Numbered from the stretch's first letter, positions 30,719 to 40,949 are shown. The stretch is 64,000 nucleotides of DNA from Nitrospirota bacterium (GCA_963699545.1 CAVOUE010000009.1:32001-96000); one strand, 5' to 3'. Notes: a model not told the origin generated them from the letters alone. Translations and numbers: made by a program.

Positions 30719-32460
30719 AGCTTTATCTTCGGGTGACAGCCCTTGCCGCAGGTCTGAGGTACTGCATTGATCTTCGAACGGATCTCACCGTAATCTTTGT
30801 CAGAGGCTTCAATAAAACCGTTCCTATATTCTTCATCAAGACGCTTTAATACGTTCTGTCTGTCTCTATTCTGAGAATTCAAGTCAAGAAGTGCCTTTTT
30901 AATATTCTCTATAACCGCATAGGGTGTCCCGGGTCCCGCAACGAGCGGCCCCGTGGGAATGGAAGCAGATTCGGCAATGGCCTCAATGCCTAACTTGGCA
31001 TATTTCTTTGCAACTGAGTCTCTTACAGCGCCGACAGTATACTGACCTTTCAGAATCGCCTTCACAACAGAATCGTGATAATCAAAATTGGCATACTCGG
31101 TCAGGTCGCTGAGATGTATCCCTGAGTTGGCAAGAAGATACCGTGGCATGAGATTGCCGGACGTGGACTTAGAGGAAGCAAAGGCAACACTTCTCCCTTT
31201 TAGATCGGAGATATCCCTCACAGGCGAATCCTTCTTTCTTATCATCACACTTTTGTAGGTCGCACTACCGTCTGCGCCTTTTGGCTTTAAGATGCTGATT
31301 GCGCCGAACTTTGCGTGAGCTTCCAGATACGTCAATGGGCCAAGAAGCGCCAGGTCCATCTCCCCATTGCCGAGGGCGTTTACCGTCTCCTCATAGTTCT
31401 TCTTCAGGACAAGCTCATAGGTGTATGGCGTCTCTGATGCGAGATAATCAAGGAGGGGCTGGTACTTTTCATACATGATTCTCGGATTATCCCTCGGGAT
31501 CACCCCGAAAGAGACGGTCTTCTTGTCCTTGATCTTCCCTGTACCTTTTGAGCTTTCAACGATGGCACGCTCCATCTCCCTTATCGTGTCATAGTTTTTG
31601 TCAGGCACCTCAACGAACCCATCGATCATCATGGCGGCAAGAATCTTCTTTCCTTTCGATGTTTTCTGCATGGAGAGAAAGGCATCCTTTACCTTTTTCC
31701 TGAGTTCCGGGTCAATGTCCCGCGTGACAACCACAGGAGGGATGCCATAGGGGGGAGAGCGTTTGATGATTTTTGTCTGTTTGGCATAAGGAGAACCTGT
31801 CTTCAGCATATGATCATAGACAATGCTTTCAACCGCTGCGCCGTCAACAATTTTCTTGGCGACCATCTCCACTGATTTGTTGTGGCTGTAGCTAAAAAGG
31901 AATCGGTTGAAAAATCTCTCTGGAGTGAATCCCATAGTCTTTAACAGGTAGGTCGGATAGAGTTTGCCGGTGTTGGATTTAGGGTCAGTGAATGCAAAGA
32001 CCTTTCCCTTGAGCTCCGGGAAGCTTTTCATGGAACTGTCGCCATGGACGATTATATAGGAGTGATAGATGGGTTTGCCGTTCACGCTGGGAGCTGCAAC
32101 AAGCTCTACACCAAACTGCTCGCGGTTCTTTACGTACGGGGCTGAACAGATGAATGCGATCTTGACCTCGCCTTTTTCGAGCAGAGAGTCCATTTCGTCA
32201 TAGGTCCTCCTGTGGACCATCTGCACCGGCTGGCCGATCTGCTCACCTATATAATCGATGACATCCTGGTAGTATTTGACAGCATCGACCGGGGTGATCA
32301 TCGAGGCAACGCCGATCTTGACGACATTATTAGGCTGGGCAAAGGTGTTCTGCTGACTGCAAATGAGAAGAACAACGATGAGAAGGAGTAATACGATTGA
32401 ATAAATTGGTCTGTATCCAAAACACGGTCTGAGAGAAAAATATTTACTAATTGATTTCAT
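30715..32460 (-). CDS. Tandem double-domain PhnD/AioX-like periplasmic oxyanion-binding protein
   Basis: Two repeats of LKG..AF....S.(T/S)G...P and HD/NKSV..V; AFICSAPY in domain 1; C-terminal CGKGCH. Confidence 0.85.
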   Translation of the reverse strand: MKSISKYFSLRPCFGYRPIYSIVLLLLIVVLLICSQQNTFAQPNNVVKIGVASMITPVDAVKYYQDVIDYIGEQIGQPVQMVHRRTYDEMDSLLEKGEVKIAFICSAPYVKNREQFGVELVAAPSVNGKPIYHSYIIVHGDSSMKSFPELKGKVFAFTDPKSNTGKLYPTYLLKTMGFTPERFFNRFLFSYSHNKSVEMVAKKIVDGAAVESIVYDHMLKTGSPYAKQTKIIKRSPPYGIPPVVVTRDIDPELRKKVKDAFLSMQKTSKGKKILAAMMIDGFVEVPDKNYDTIREMERAIVESSKGTGKIKDKKTVSFGVIPRDNPRIMYEKYQPLLDYLASETPYTYELVLKKNYEETVNALGNGEMDLALLGPLTYLEAHAKFGAISILKPKGADGSATYKSVMIRKKDSPVRDISDLKGRSVAFASSKSTSGNLMPRYLLANSGIHLSDLTEYANFDYHDSVVKAILKGQYTVGAVRDSVAKKYAKLGIEAIAESASIPTGPLVAGPGTPYAVIENIKKALLDLNSQNRDRQNVLKRLDEEYRNGFIEASDKDYGEIRSKINAVPQTCGKGCHPKIKL

Positions 32461-32464
32461 TGCA

Positions 32465-33401
32465 TCATTTTAGCACCCCTTTAACAATCACATCTACCGC
32501 CTCTTCAGGCGTCAGTCCGTGCGCCATGAGTGTCTCCATCTGGCGTTTGTCAACGCTCCCGATGGCAGCTTCATGGGTCACTTTTGCGAGGGGATTTGTG
32601 ACATTCACTATCGGAATCGCCTTTGCTACTGCCCTGTCTTTAACAATTTCCATGCAGTCCACATGCCCCCTTGCACCTTCTGCATTTCCTTCGGTAATGC
32701 CGGTGACTTCAGCCTGTGCATCGTCTTCAATGGCAACCCTGGTTTTTATAATACTTCGCGAGTTTTTACCCGCCAGAACGACTTTTTCCTTTATATTTAT
32801 ATCGTCGTTGGCATGGCCGAAGACCCGTGCCGTCAATTCGGTCACAGCATTTTCTCCTGCTTCGACAGAGTAGTCCATATCGAGTTTGCCGACCCGTCCC
32901 GTAGTCAGGGTAAAATCTGTAAAGTATCTGCCGTTCTTGGCGATTCTGACAACTGACTTTCGGAACAACTTCAATGCCTCCGTAAAGCCCGTGATAATGG
33001 GTCTCCGAATATCTCATCTCTGCACCTTCGCCGATCTCAACCACCGCGTCCATGATATGCCGTACCTTCTCAGCATTCGGAAATATGCAGTGGGCAATGA
33101 AATGGGCAGATGAGTTCTTTTCAAGCCTCACATCCATCTTGATCTTCTGGGTTCCCTTTTTGTGCAGAACACCGAAACAGAGATGCACCGGGTTCTTTAT
33201 TTTTATGCCTTCTTTAACCGTAACCCTGGCGCTGATGCCGGTCGATGTCTCTTTAGCATCAACCTCAAGGCCCTCGACACTTTTCATGCTCAGCAGTTTA
33301 TGGCCGCTTGCGACAAGGTGCGCTATCTCATTGTTTTCAAGGACAGCCTTGTCGCCACCGGCGTTCCCCAATGCCTTCATCAATGCATCAAGATCAGACA
33401 T
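32465..33401 (-). CDS. sufB: SufB/SufD-family (SmsB-like) Fe-S scaffold; frameshift near 32960
   Basis: PVHLCFG, AHCIFP, GHVDCMEIV, AKVTHEAAIGSVD, ETLMAHGL; ORFs 32766-33428 and 32465-32974 join. Confidence 0.82.
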
Positions 33402-34112
33402 AAGCGCATACCTCTCCATCGCATACAAGGCATTTCCTTGATTTATAGTATTCAGCTACCTTTGTCGGGATTCCCTGAGCAGACTATTTTCCCATTGCAT
33501 ATCTGTGAAGCCTTGTCGGCAATGACGACAATCTCTTCCCGGTGGGTAATGAGCAAGCACAGATGAACCATTTTCCTTGAATGCATTGATGACATTGACA
33601 ATATCCTGGGTAGAAAGCATGTCTATCCCCGAATCAGGCTCATCGAGGATGGCAAGTTTTGGATGTAATGCAAGTATGGACGCAAGTTCTATCCTCTTTC
33701 GTTCACCTCCGCTCAGGGACTTGTCGACCATCCTGTGCAGATAGAGCTCAGGATGAAGTCCAACCATCTCGAGATACTGAGACGGATCGCTGTCTCTTGT
33801 CTTTCAGCGCCAGATAATCCCTGACCGAAATACCCTCAAACCTCACCGGCTCCTGCCAGGCCATGGTTATGCCGAGGTTTGCCCTCTCATGGATCTTGAG
33901 GTCATTGATTACCTTCCCTCAAACACTATTTCCCCGGATGAAGGCCTGTATCCCTCACAGCCCATGACTAGATATGCAAGGGTGCTTTTGCCGGTGCCGT
34001 TTGTGCCGAGCAGGGCATGGACCTCTGAGACCCCGATGGTCATGGAGAAATCATCAAGGATATTCTTATCACCTGTATGGAAGGTAATTCCTTTGATTTT
34101 CAGCAAAGACAT
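33394..34112 (-). CDS. sufC: SufC-like ABC ATPase (SmsC-like); about 3 frameshifts
   Basis: GTNGTGKST, AWQEPVRFEG, LSGGERKRIELA, ILDEPDSGID, restored C-terminus KCLVCDGEVC. Confidence 0.8.
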
Positions 34113-34116
34113 CTCC

Positions 34117-34380
34117 CTATAGTCTCAAGATTTCATCAGCAATTGCATCAACTTCATACGAAATGTCATCAGAGATATATTTCTTCTCCTGAGAGTATTG
34201 TATCACCTTATCAACGACATCTCTGAATTCTTCCTTCATGGTCGCTAATTCACCCATGCCGTCACAACCCTTTTGTCTTTGCCTCGCAAGCACGTAGACA
34301 TGGGCGTATTCTCTTGCATCATCCAGAAGTCTGGCAAGTTGAGCATCTGATTTCGACGTTTTGAATATGGTCGAAATCAT
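34117..34380 (-). CDS. Hypothetical protein (87 aa)
   Basis: Clean ORF packed between neighbours; RQKGCDGMGE segment. Confidence 0.65.
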   Translation of the reverse strand: MISTIFKTSKSDAQLARLLDDAREYAHVYVLARQRQKGCDGMGELATMKEEFRDVVDKVIQYSQEKKYISDDISYEVDAIADEILRL

Positions 34381-34383
34381 GTG

Positions 34384-35128
34384 TCAGTTGATCCTTGGCA
34401 CATTCTTATAATCATTGTCCTTCCTTTTACCCAAATCCTTAGCAGGTGGGCTCAGGCCATTTGTAATCTATTGCGTCTTCAACAATGAATGACTCGTTGA
34501 GCGGCTTGTTTACCAGCCTTTTAGCATATGCCCATTGTAGTCCCTGAAAAAGATCTATGTCCTGTGGCTCAAAGGTTCCGGATTCAATCTTTTTCATCTG
34601 GGTCTTGACCTCTTTGGGGTAAACAGCAGGATTTAGCTTTACATGAATGGTTTTGCCGGTTGAAACCACTTGAATGTAAAACTCGCTTTCGGTTAGTGAA
34701 TTGTCTATGATATGGCTATTAAACCGTGTCCGTGCACCGGTAAGATAATCCGCCACATCGCCCCCGCATGCTGAGTTGTTGGAGACTATCCGGAGGTCTG
34801 TGCGGTCCACAACGCCATTGGGAAAAAGTTTATCAAGGGCGACCCTCAGCGCTCCCGCGCTCTCCACTAAACCTCCGCAGAAGTGGCCATGATATTTGAT
34901 GAGGTCTTTTATGGTTATTGGTTTTGTATCCCTGCTGTAACGGCCGTACTTGTTCTCCGTATCCTTAACATTGAAGGCAGGAGCATACGGCGCTGTCCCA
35001 AGCCATTCCGGGAAATGCCCTCCCGGTTCGACTATATTTGTAGTCACTGCCGCCTGCTTGTCTTCCTGTGCAAATACAGGATAAGCACTAAGTGCGGCAA
35101 TCAGCAGTAACCAGCATATCTTCCTCAT
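34384..35128 (-). CDS. Secreted FmdE-family protein; C-terminus probably extended past 34439 by an indel
   Basis: Signal peptide ending VFA, YHGHFCGGL, NSACGGDVADYLTG; removing one base gives ...PTCKDLGKRKDNDYKNVPRIN*. Confidence 0.75.
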
Positions 35129-35141
35129 ACCTTATATCTCC

Positions 35142-35897
35142 CTAAAAGTTCATCAAGCCCCACGCCATCTTCGCGGCTATTGCGTAGAGAACAATGCCAA
35201 TCATCTTCTTAACCTGCCCTGCGTCGAGTTTCCAGTGCATGAGCCATGATCCAAGAAGAGCCCCGGTGACTGATCCGACAGCTGCAAAGGTAAGCAGGTT
35301 CCAGTTTATTGTTTCAAAGGCTGCGTGGCCAAAAAACCCGGAGAGAGAGGAAAAGACGACAATGAAGGCGGTAGTGGCAGACGCTTTTTTCGGATCAAAG
35401 CCCAGCCACACAAGCGTTGGCACGATAAAGTTTCCGCCTCCTACGCCAAGAAGGCCGCCCAGGTACCCTGCTCCAATGCCCAGTCCGATGCCGGCATTCA
35501 ATTCCTTTCCGCCGGACAACTGACCTTCCTCCTTCTTTTTCGGCTTATAGAAAAGCATCATTGAGGCCGCGAAGACCAGAAAGATCACAAACAAGAGGAT
35601 AAGTGTGTTCTTTTGGAAGAACCGCGTTGACCAGGCACCCAGAGGAGAGAATATAACGGCAAGCACAATGATGGGCACGGCAGTGCGAAACAGAACGAGC
35701 TTATAGCGGATATAGTTGGCGGAGGCGAATGTCATACTGATGGCGTTCAGCAACAGGCCTATCGCCATGGCCTCGGTCAAGGGGATGCCAAGCCAGTAGA
35801 AGGTCGGGATCACGATAAACGCTGCGCCGACCCCGGCTATTGTCAGGACCGTGGTGAAGACAAACACAAGTAATGCCGCTAATATAGGCGTTGCCAT
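35142..35897 (-). CDS. TauE/SafE-family exporter
   Basis: AGVGAAFIVIP and GLLGVGGGNFIVP repeated halves, about 8 TM helices. Confidence 0.9.
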   Translation of the reverse strand: MATPILAALLVFVFTTVLTIAGVGAAFIVIPTFYWLGIPLTEAMAIGLLLNAISMTFASANYIRYKLVLFRTAVPIIVLAVIFSPLGAWSTRFFQKNTLILLFVIFLVFAASMMLFYKPKKKEEGQLSGGKELNAGIGLGIGAGYLGGLLGVGGGNFIVPTLVWLGFDPKKASATTAFIVVFSSLSGFFGHAAFETINWNLLTFAAVGSVTGALLGSWLMHWKLDAGQVKKMIGIVLYAIAAKMAWGLMNF

Positions 35898-35943
35898 ATA
35901 GTGTCAGAGAGAAGACAGGGCAGAAGCCCTGCTCTCCCAGCGT

Positions 35944-36582
35944 CTAAACAGGAAATTGACAACATTCACCCGTCAGGTCCCCAACCTCTGAACAGGGAAT
36001 GCACAACATCCGTCCGTCAGGAGTTGTTTTCAATTTGTCGGTGAATACAGCCTCGCCGCATCTTGCGCAACGTTTGACATCGAAGTTCGGAGAGCCCTTC
36101 TTTGTGTCCTTGTGAAATACATCACTTATATTGAGGAAGTCGGTTTCCGGAAGACCCAATGCCCTTTCAACAAGAGGGTCAGTTATAGCAGGTGGAATAT
36201 CCTGCGGCGGCACGCCTTTTTTCCGCTCCTGAACGAAAGGCGAGTTCATCGCCTTCTCGAAGAACTCCGGTTTGAGAGAGACGCGTACAGCCTTTCCCGT
36301 CTTTGTATCGACAAGGGTGAAGGCCATCTTGTTGTAATAGAGTTTCTGGATATTGGATTTTCCATAGGTGCAGCCGGTAGCCGTCATGATACCATCCAGG
36401 AAACAGCCGGCTGCATGTCCCTTGCCGGTTTCGGACTCGACCATGAGCTCCTTATCCTTCGAGCGTTCAACACCAAGTGCCTTCATAGCAGCAAGCCCGG
36501 CCCTCAGCCCCATCGGCATGGCAGGGCACCTGTGGCCATGGAACTCCCATGCCACGTCAAGATATTCTTTGAATTCTTTCAT
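35944..36582 (-). CDS. FmdE-family protein with C4 zinc finger and CC tail
   Basis: [44 protein letters not shown]. Confidence 0.88.
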   Translation of the reverse strand: MKEFKEYLDVAWEFHGHRCPAMPMGLRAGLAAMKALGVERSKDKELMVESETGKGHAAGCFLDGIMTATGCTYGKSNIQKLYYNKMAFTLVDTKTGKAVRVSLKPEFFEKAMNSPFVQERKKGVPPQDIPPAITDPLVERALGLPETDFLNISDVFHKDTKKGSPNFDVKRCARCGEAVFTDKLKTTPDGRMLCIPCSEVGDLTGECCQFPV

Positions 36583-36672
36583 GATAAACCTCCTGTTTTT
36601 GTATTTGTATTGTGATGTTTAATTCTTGATACACGGCCCCGCCTCCGGCTCAGAGCAGGGCCTCCGTTCTTT

Positions 36673-37125
36673 TTACCTTCTCCAGCCAGCCCATGCAGGG
36701 ACGCCTGCGCTGTCTCTGAGGACAAGAGTGCTGTCGCCCTTTTTTACTTCAGCTGCTATTATTGCTGGCTTTCCAGCAATGGTCACTCTCGACCCCTTCA
36801 CCTCGATCTTGTCACCTTTTTCGATCCTGGTATCGAGTCTTTCGATGTACCATTCCGGTCCAAGGTGGACGTCAATGCTCTCCTTGTCCGTCTTGACCAC
36901 AATGTGGATTCCTGAATACATTCCTTTCATGGGTGTAATCTTGTCCACAGTTTCAACGGTACCTGATACTGTTTCGACTGTTGCCGGGTTGTACATTCTG
37001 TTATACTGCGAACCCATGCCCCAGCCGCCGCTTCCACGCCAGCCCTTCCATGCCGCAAAGGCCATAGACGATGTTAGGATTACCGAGAGCACGACTACCA
37101 ACCTTATGATTCCCTTTCTACTCAT
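36673..37125 (-). CDS. Secreted OB-fold-like protein
   Basis: Signal peptide, Gly/Trp-rich linker, VHLGP.WY, GDKIEVKGS, LRD..G.P.W. Confidence 0.75.
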   Translation of the reverse strand: MSRKGIIRLVVVLSVILTSSMAFAAWKGWRGSGGWGMGSQYNRMYNPATVETVSGTVETVDKITPMKGMYSGIHIVVKTDKESIDVHLGPEWYIERLDTRIEKGDKIEVKGSRVTIAGKPAIIAAEVKKGDSTLVLRDSAGVPAWAGWRR

Positions 37126-37267
37126 AACCACCTCCTTTAGCCGGATCAAGCGTTTCCTTTTATTGTTTTCCCATTACCCAGGTAAAGACGAATGACGAGA
37201 CGATAATTATCGCCCCAGTAATTACGGCCATAAGCAGGGCATACCAGCGGCGCATGAGCAACCTCCC

Positions 37268-38581
37268 TTATACGATATTAAAAAGCTCCGAATGGATCTT
37301 CGTTATAGGAACTCCCAGTCTCCGCAGGGCCTTCTCGCAGGTATCCATCATCGGTACAGGGCCGCAGATAAAATGCTGCCTCTCCCCGACTTCCGGAAGA
37401 TATCTGGCAATCATCTCAGCGTTGATGAAGCCGCTTTCTCCATGCCAACCGGGATCAGGGTTCTCGATAATATGCACAACCCGGAGGTCCAAACGGTCCC
37501 TGATCTCATCGAGTTCCTCGCGGAATGCTGTGCGTTCCCATCGCTTGTTCGCATAAAAGAGCAAAAGCGGCCGCCTGTCACCACGGTCCGCGAGCGTTCG
37601 GAGCATTCCCATGATGGGGGCTACCCCTATGCCTCCTGCAATGAAGACAAGTCCCTTGGCAGGGTATCGGTCGCAGCTGAAGGAACCGTACGGCGCGTCT
37701 ACGTAGACACACTCTCCCGGACTAAGCGTCTTTACTCTTTTCGTGAAGTCCCCGCGCTCCTTGATTGTGAACTCCAGGGTAGCGGGATGCTCGGCGCTCG
37801 ATGCGACGGAGAACGGATGGTCCTTCATCGCGAATGGGGAGCACCAGATCGAAAGCCATGCAAACTGTCCTGGAAGGAACCGGATGCCCTCGTGCCCTTG
37901 AGGGCGTATCCTTATCGTCCAGTTGTCGCCTCGCTCCTCCGTTACTGCCTCAACGACATAAGTCCTCCGGCCAATTTTCAACGGCCTTGCAATCCACATA
38001 TACATGACGAGCCACACCCAAGTCAGAACGACCGCGATCAAGAAGTTGCGCTGCAATGGATTCTGCATATGATAGCCCACTCCTGCGATGTGCCCCATCG
38101 CGGCAAGAATCCCGACGATCGCCAGGGTCCGGTGCCAAATCCGCCAGCTATCATACTCGATGTCGAACCGTTGTCTCACGACAGCCAAAGAGCTCATGAT
38201 GACCACAGTCAGTGCCGCGATGATTCCCGCCTGAAAATGGAGCGGGGTCGTTATGGGATTTAAGAACTCGGCAGTAAATGGGTACTTGAGAAAAAAAATC
38301 GCTAGATGGGCGATAATGAATCCACAGATGAGGAGGCCAATGTACTTGTGAAAGTAGTAAACAATGTCGATGCCGAAGGGGGCTGTGGCTTTCTTGAAGC
38401 GAGCGGTGAGTGCAAACTCCATCCCCATGGCTGTCATGCTCATGAACCCTATGGCCGATGAGAATTCCCACCAGAAGCCCCTTCCAGGCAGAGGCTTGCT
38501 AGCCAGGAGGACGAAAGAGGGGGCAACAATGATGAAGAGGTAAAGCCCATACCAGAAGCCTCTTGTCAGGAAATATTTCAT
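37268..38581 (-). CDS. Ferric-reductase-like transmembrane heme b + FAD/NAD(P)H oxidoreductase
   Basis: Paired His in TM helices, HPFSVAS, AGGIGVAP, FICGP, HSELF. Confidence 0.88.
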   Translation of the reverse strand: MKYFLTRGFWYGLYLFIIVAPSFVLLASKPLPGRGFWWEFSSAIGFMSMTAMGMEFALTARFKKATAPFGIDIVYYFHKYIGLLICGFIIAHLAIFFLKYPFTAEFLNPITTPLHFQAGIIAALTVVIMSSLAVVRQRFDIEYDSWRIWHRTLAIVGILAAMGHIAGVGYHMQNPLQRNFLIAVVLTWVWLVMYMWIARPLKIGRRTYVVEAVTEERGDNWTIRIRPQGHEGIRFLPGQFAWLSIWCSPFAMKDHPFSVASSAEHPATLEFTIKERGDFTKRVKTLSPGECVYVDAPYGSFSCDRYPAKGLVFIAGGIGVAPIMGMLRTLADRGDRRPLLLFYANKRWERTAFREELDEIRDRLDLRVVHIIENPDPGWHGESGFINAEMIARYLPEVGERQHFICGPVPMMDTCEKALRRLGVPITKIHSELFNIV

Positions 38582-38721
38582 TTTTTCTTTAACCGCCCAA
38601 TATTCTATTGAACGACGATCGATCCTAATTCAACATTAGGAGCTGACGGAAAGGGTGATGCGCGCTACTATCATCCTCGTTCCATCAGCGTTTGCGAATT
38701 ATCGTTTCATATGCCCAAGTC

Positions 38722-39411
38722 TCATAAATTCGTTATTCCAAAATAGATACCTAATACCACTAGTAGGGCGCCGCTCAGCTTCTTTGCGTAGAGGGAGAAG
38801 TTCTTTACACCCTTCGACCCGATAATGCTCTCCGTGATCCCAACAGATAGTCCCGCCACGAAAATAAGTGCACAATGCCCGAGGGCATAAACATAGAGGA
38901 GCGATCCGCCGTAGAGAATATCACCTTGCGTCGAGACATAGGCGAGGAGCACTGCAAGCACGGGCGTAGCGCAGGGGGATGATACCGTACCGGTCAACAT
39001 GCCGAGCAGGAATGCCCCGAGGAGCCCTTTAGTTTTAATCGCCCTTATCTTCTGAAAGGGTAAGGGGATTGAAACGACTCCCATGAGCTGCAGACCCATT
39101 ACTACCGCGACAAGTGCAAGCCCGAGATAAAGCCATCTGCCCATGAATCCGAGGAATTGTCCCATGAATGATGCTGCGGCGCCAAACAGGGTAAAGGTGA
39201 TCGAGAGCCCGAGAACAAATACCAGGGAGAAAAGGGCTGCCTTCTTTTTGTTCCCCTCCGAATAGCCGCCGACGTAGCCGATGATGAGCGGGATGGCCGC
39301 AAACACACATGGACTTGCGGCAGATATCAGACCACCGATAAAAACAGCGATAAACGCCAGTCCGTGCTGATCCTGGATGATATATTGAATGTTACTTAAG
39401 AGGACTTCCAT
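38722..39411 (-). CDS. ccdA: CcdA/DsbD transmembrane disulfide reductase
   Basis: SPCVFAAIP and SPCATPVL, six TM helices. Confidence 0.88.
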   Translation of the reverse strand: MEVLLSNIQYIIQDQHGLAFIAVFIGGLISAASPCVFAAIPLIIGYVGGYSEGNKKKAALFSLVFVLGLSITFTLFGAAASFMGQFLGFMGRWLYLGLALVAVVMGLQLMGVVSIPLPFQKIRAIKTKGLLGAFLLGMLTGTVSSPCATPVLAVLLAYVSTQGDILYGGSLLYVYALGHCALIFVAGLSVGITESIIGSKGVKNFSLYAKKLSGALLVVLGIYFGITNL

Positions 39412-39466
39412 GTGCCTTATTTCCCCTCCCTGAGTTTCCCGGTAAAGTAAGGAGCCAACCCGCTTT

Positions 39467-39844
39467 CTATATGCCTGCCTTTTTTAATACCAACACGATC
39501 TCTTCATAACCGTAAAACCCAATGTGCCGGTGGAATTCCTTGCCGCTCTTATCAAGAAAAACCTGAGTCGGTATTACATAGACGCCAAACCGCCTGCCAT
39601 TTTCCTTGTCTTTTCTCACATCGACAAAGAAGACTTCCAGCTTTCCTTTGTAATTCGTTCTTAGCTTTTCCATTACAGGCTTCATCTGCTCGCAGGGGAT
39701 ACATCCTACTGATCCCAGCTCCAGCATTACCGCCTTGCCGTCTTTTTTTGCATTACTCAGTATGGTATCAATCTCACTTGCATTGCTGCATCCGCATAGC
39801 GCAAGGAACATCACAACAACCAAAGGCAGCAGTCTTTCTCCCAT
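39467..39844 (-). CDS. Thioredoxin-family lipoprotein
   Basis: Lipobox LCGC, GCIPC, IPTQVF. Confidence 0.88.
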   Translation of the reverse strand: MGERLLPLVVVMFLALCGCSNASEIDTILSNAKKDGKAVMLELGSVGCIPCEQMKPVMEKLRTNYKGKLEVFFVDVRKDKENGRRFGVYVIPTQVFLDKSGKEFHRHIGFYGYEEIVLVLKKAGI

Positions 39845-39869
39845 AATCCCTCCACGGCGTAGAGTCTTT

Positions 39870-40949
39870 CTATGATGGTTTAATGTCTTTCACCCTGCAA
39901 GAGTCAATGGCGAAGTATGTCTTCTGGAAATACAGAGCGACGTTCACCAGACTTATTAGGACGGGGACCTCTACAAGCGGGCCAATGACCGCAGCAAAGG
40001 CAGAGCCGGAATTGATACCGAAAACGGCAACGGCAACGGCTATGGCAAGTTCAAAGTTGTTGCTTGCCGCGGTGAAGGAAAGCGTGGCTGTCTTCGGATA
40101 ATCCGCTCCTATCTTTCTGCCTAAATAGAATGAGACGAGGAACATGACAACAAAATAGATGAGGAGCGGGATTGCTATACGGACAACATCCAGCGGAAGT
40201 CTCACAATGTAATTGCCCTTCAGTGAAAACATGACGAGGATGGTAAAAAGCAGGAAGATGAGCGTGATAGGACTTATCCTTGGGACAAATACCTTTTCAT
40301 ACCACTCGCGGTTCCTGATCTTAAGCAGGCTGAAGCGGGTTATCATCCCAGCAAGAAAAGGTATTCCCAGATAGATGAAGACGCTTTCTGCGATCTGGCC
40401 TATGGTGACATTGACTACCACACCCTTTAGCCCGAACCATGCCGGCAGCACGGTTATAAAGACATAGGCATAGACAGAGAAGAAGAGGACCTGAAATATC
40501 GAATTGAAGGCCACAAGACCGGCAGCATATTCCGTATCACCACAGGCAAGGTCGTTCCATACGATAACCATTGCGATACAGCGTGCAAGGCCAATCATGA
40601 TGAGCCCGACCATGTATTCCGGATAAGCCCTAAGAAAGATGATCGCCAGCAGGAACATCAGGACAGGTCCTATAACCCAGTTCTGGATCAGGGAGAGTCC
40701 GAGAACCTTCCTGTTTCTGAAGACCTCTCCCAGTTCCTCATACTTCACCTTTGCAAGCGGGGGATACATCATAAGGATAAGGCCGATAGCAATGGGGATA
40801 TTTGTTGTGCCGACCTGGAAACTGTTTATGAGTGCTTCAGTCCCCGGCACGAAATATCCGAGGCCGACACCACAGGCCATGGCAGCGAATATCCACAGGG
40901 TAAGGTAACGATCAAGGAAAGAAAGTCTCTTGCCTTTTTTTTCGGTCAT
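39870..40949 (-). CDS. acr3: ACR3-family arsenite/antimonite efflux transporter
   Basis: [38 protein letters not shown]. Confidence 0.96.
   Translation of the reverse strand: MTEKKGKRLSFLDRYLTLWIFAAMACGVGLGYFVPGTEALINSFQVGTTNIPIAIGLILMMYPPLAKVKYEELGEVFRNRKVLGLSLIQNWVIGPVLMFLLAIIFLRAYPEYMVGLIMIGLARCIAMVIVWNDLACGDTEYAAGLVAFNSIFQVLFFSVYAYVFITVLPAWFGLKGVVVNVTIGQIAESVFIYLGIPFLAGMITRFSLLKIRNREWYEKVFVPRISPITLIFLLFTILVMFSLKGNYIVRLPLDVVRIAIPLLIYFVVMFLVSFYLGRKIGADYPKTATLSFTAASNNFELAIAVAVAVFGINSGSAFAAVIGPLVEVPVLISLVNVALYFQKTYFAIDSCRVKDIKPS

Noticed and set aside
30715-32460. Phosphonate ABC transporter (phnD)
   Set aside because: No phnC/phnE nearby, and the gene is translationally coupled to a histidine kinase.
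34439-34441. Stop-codon recoding at the end of the secreted FmdE
   Set aside because: The codon is TAA and the continuation is in another frame, so an indel is the simpler explanation.
36673-37125. Magnetosome gene (resemblance to the MamS/MamX-type OB fold)
   Set aside because: No other mam/mad genes and no magnetochrome motifs; the fold is widespread.
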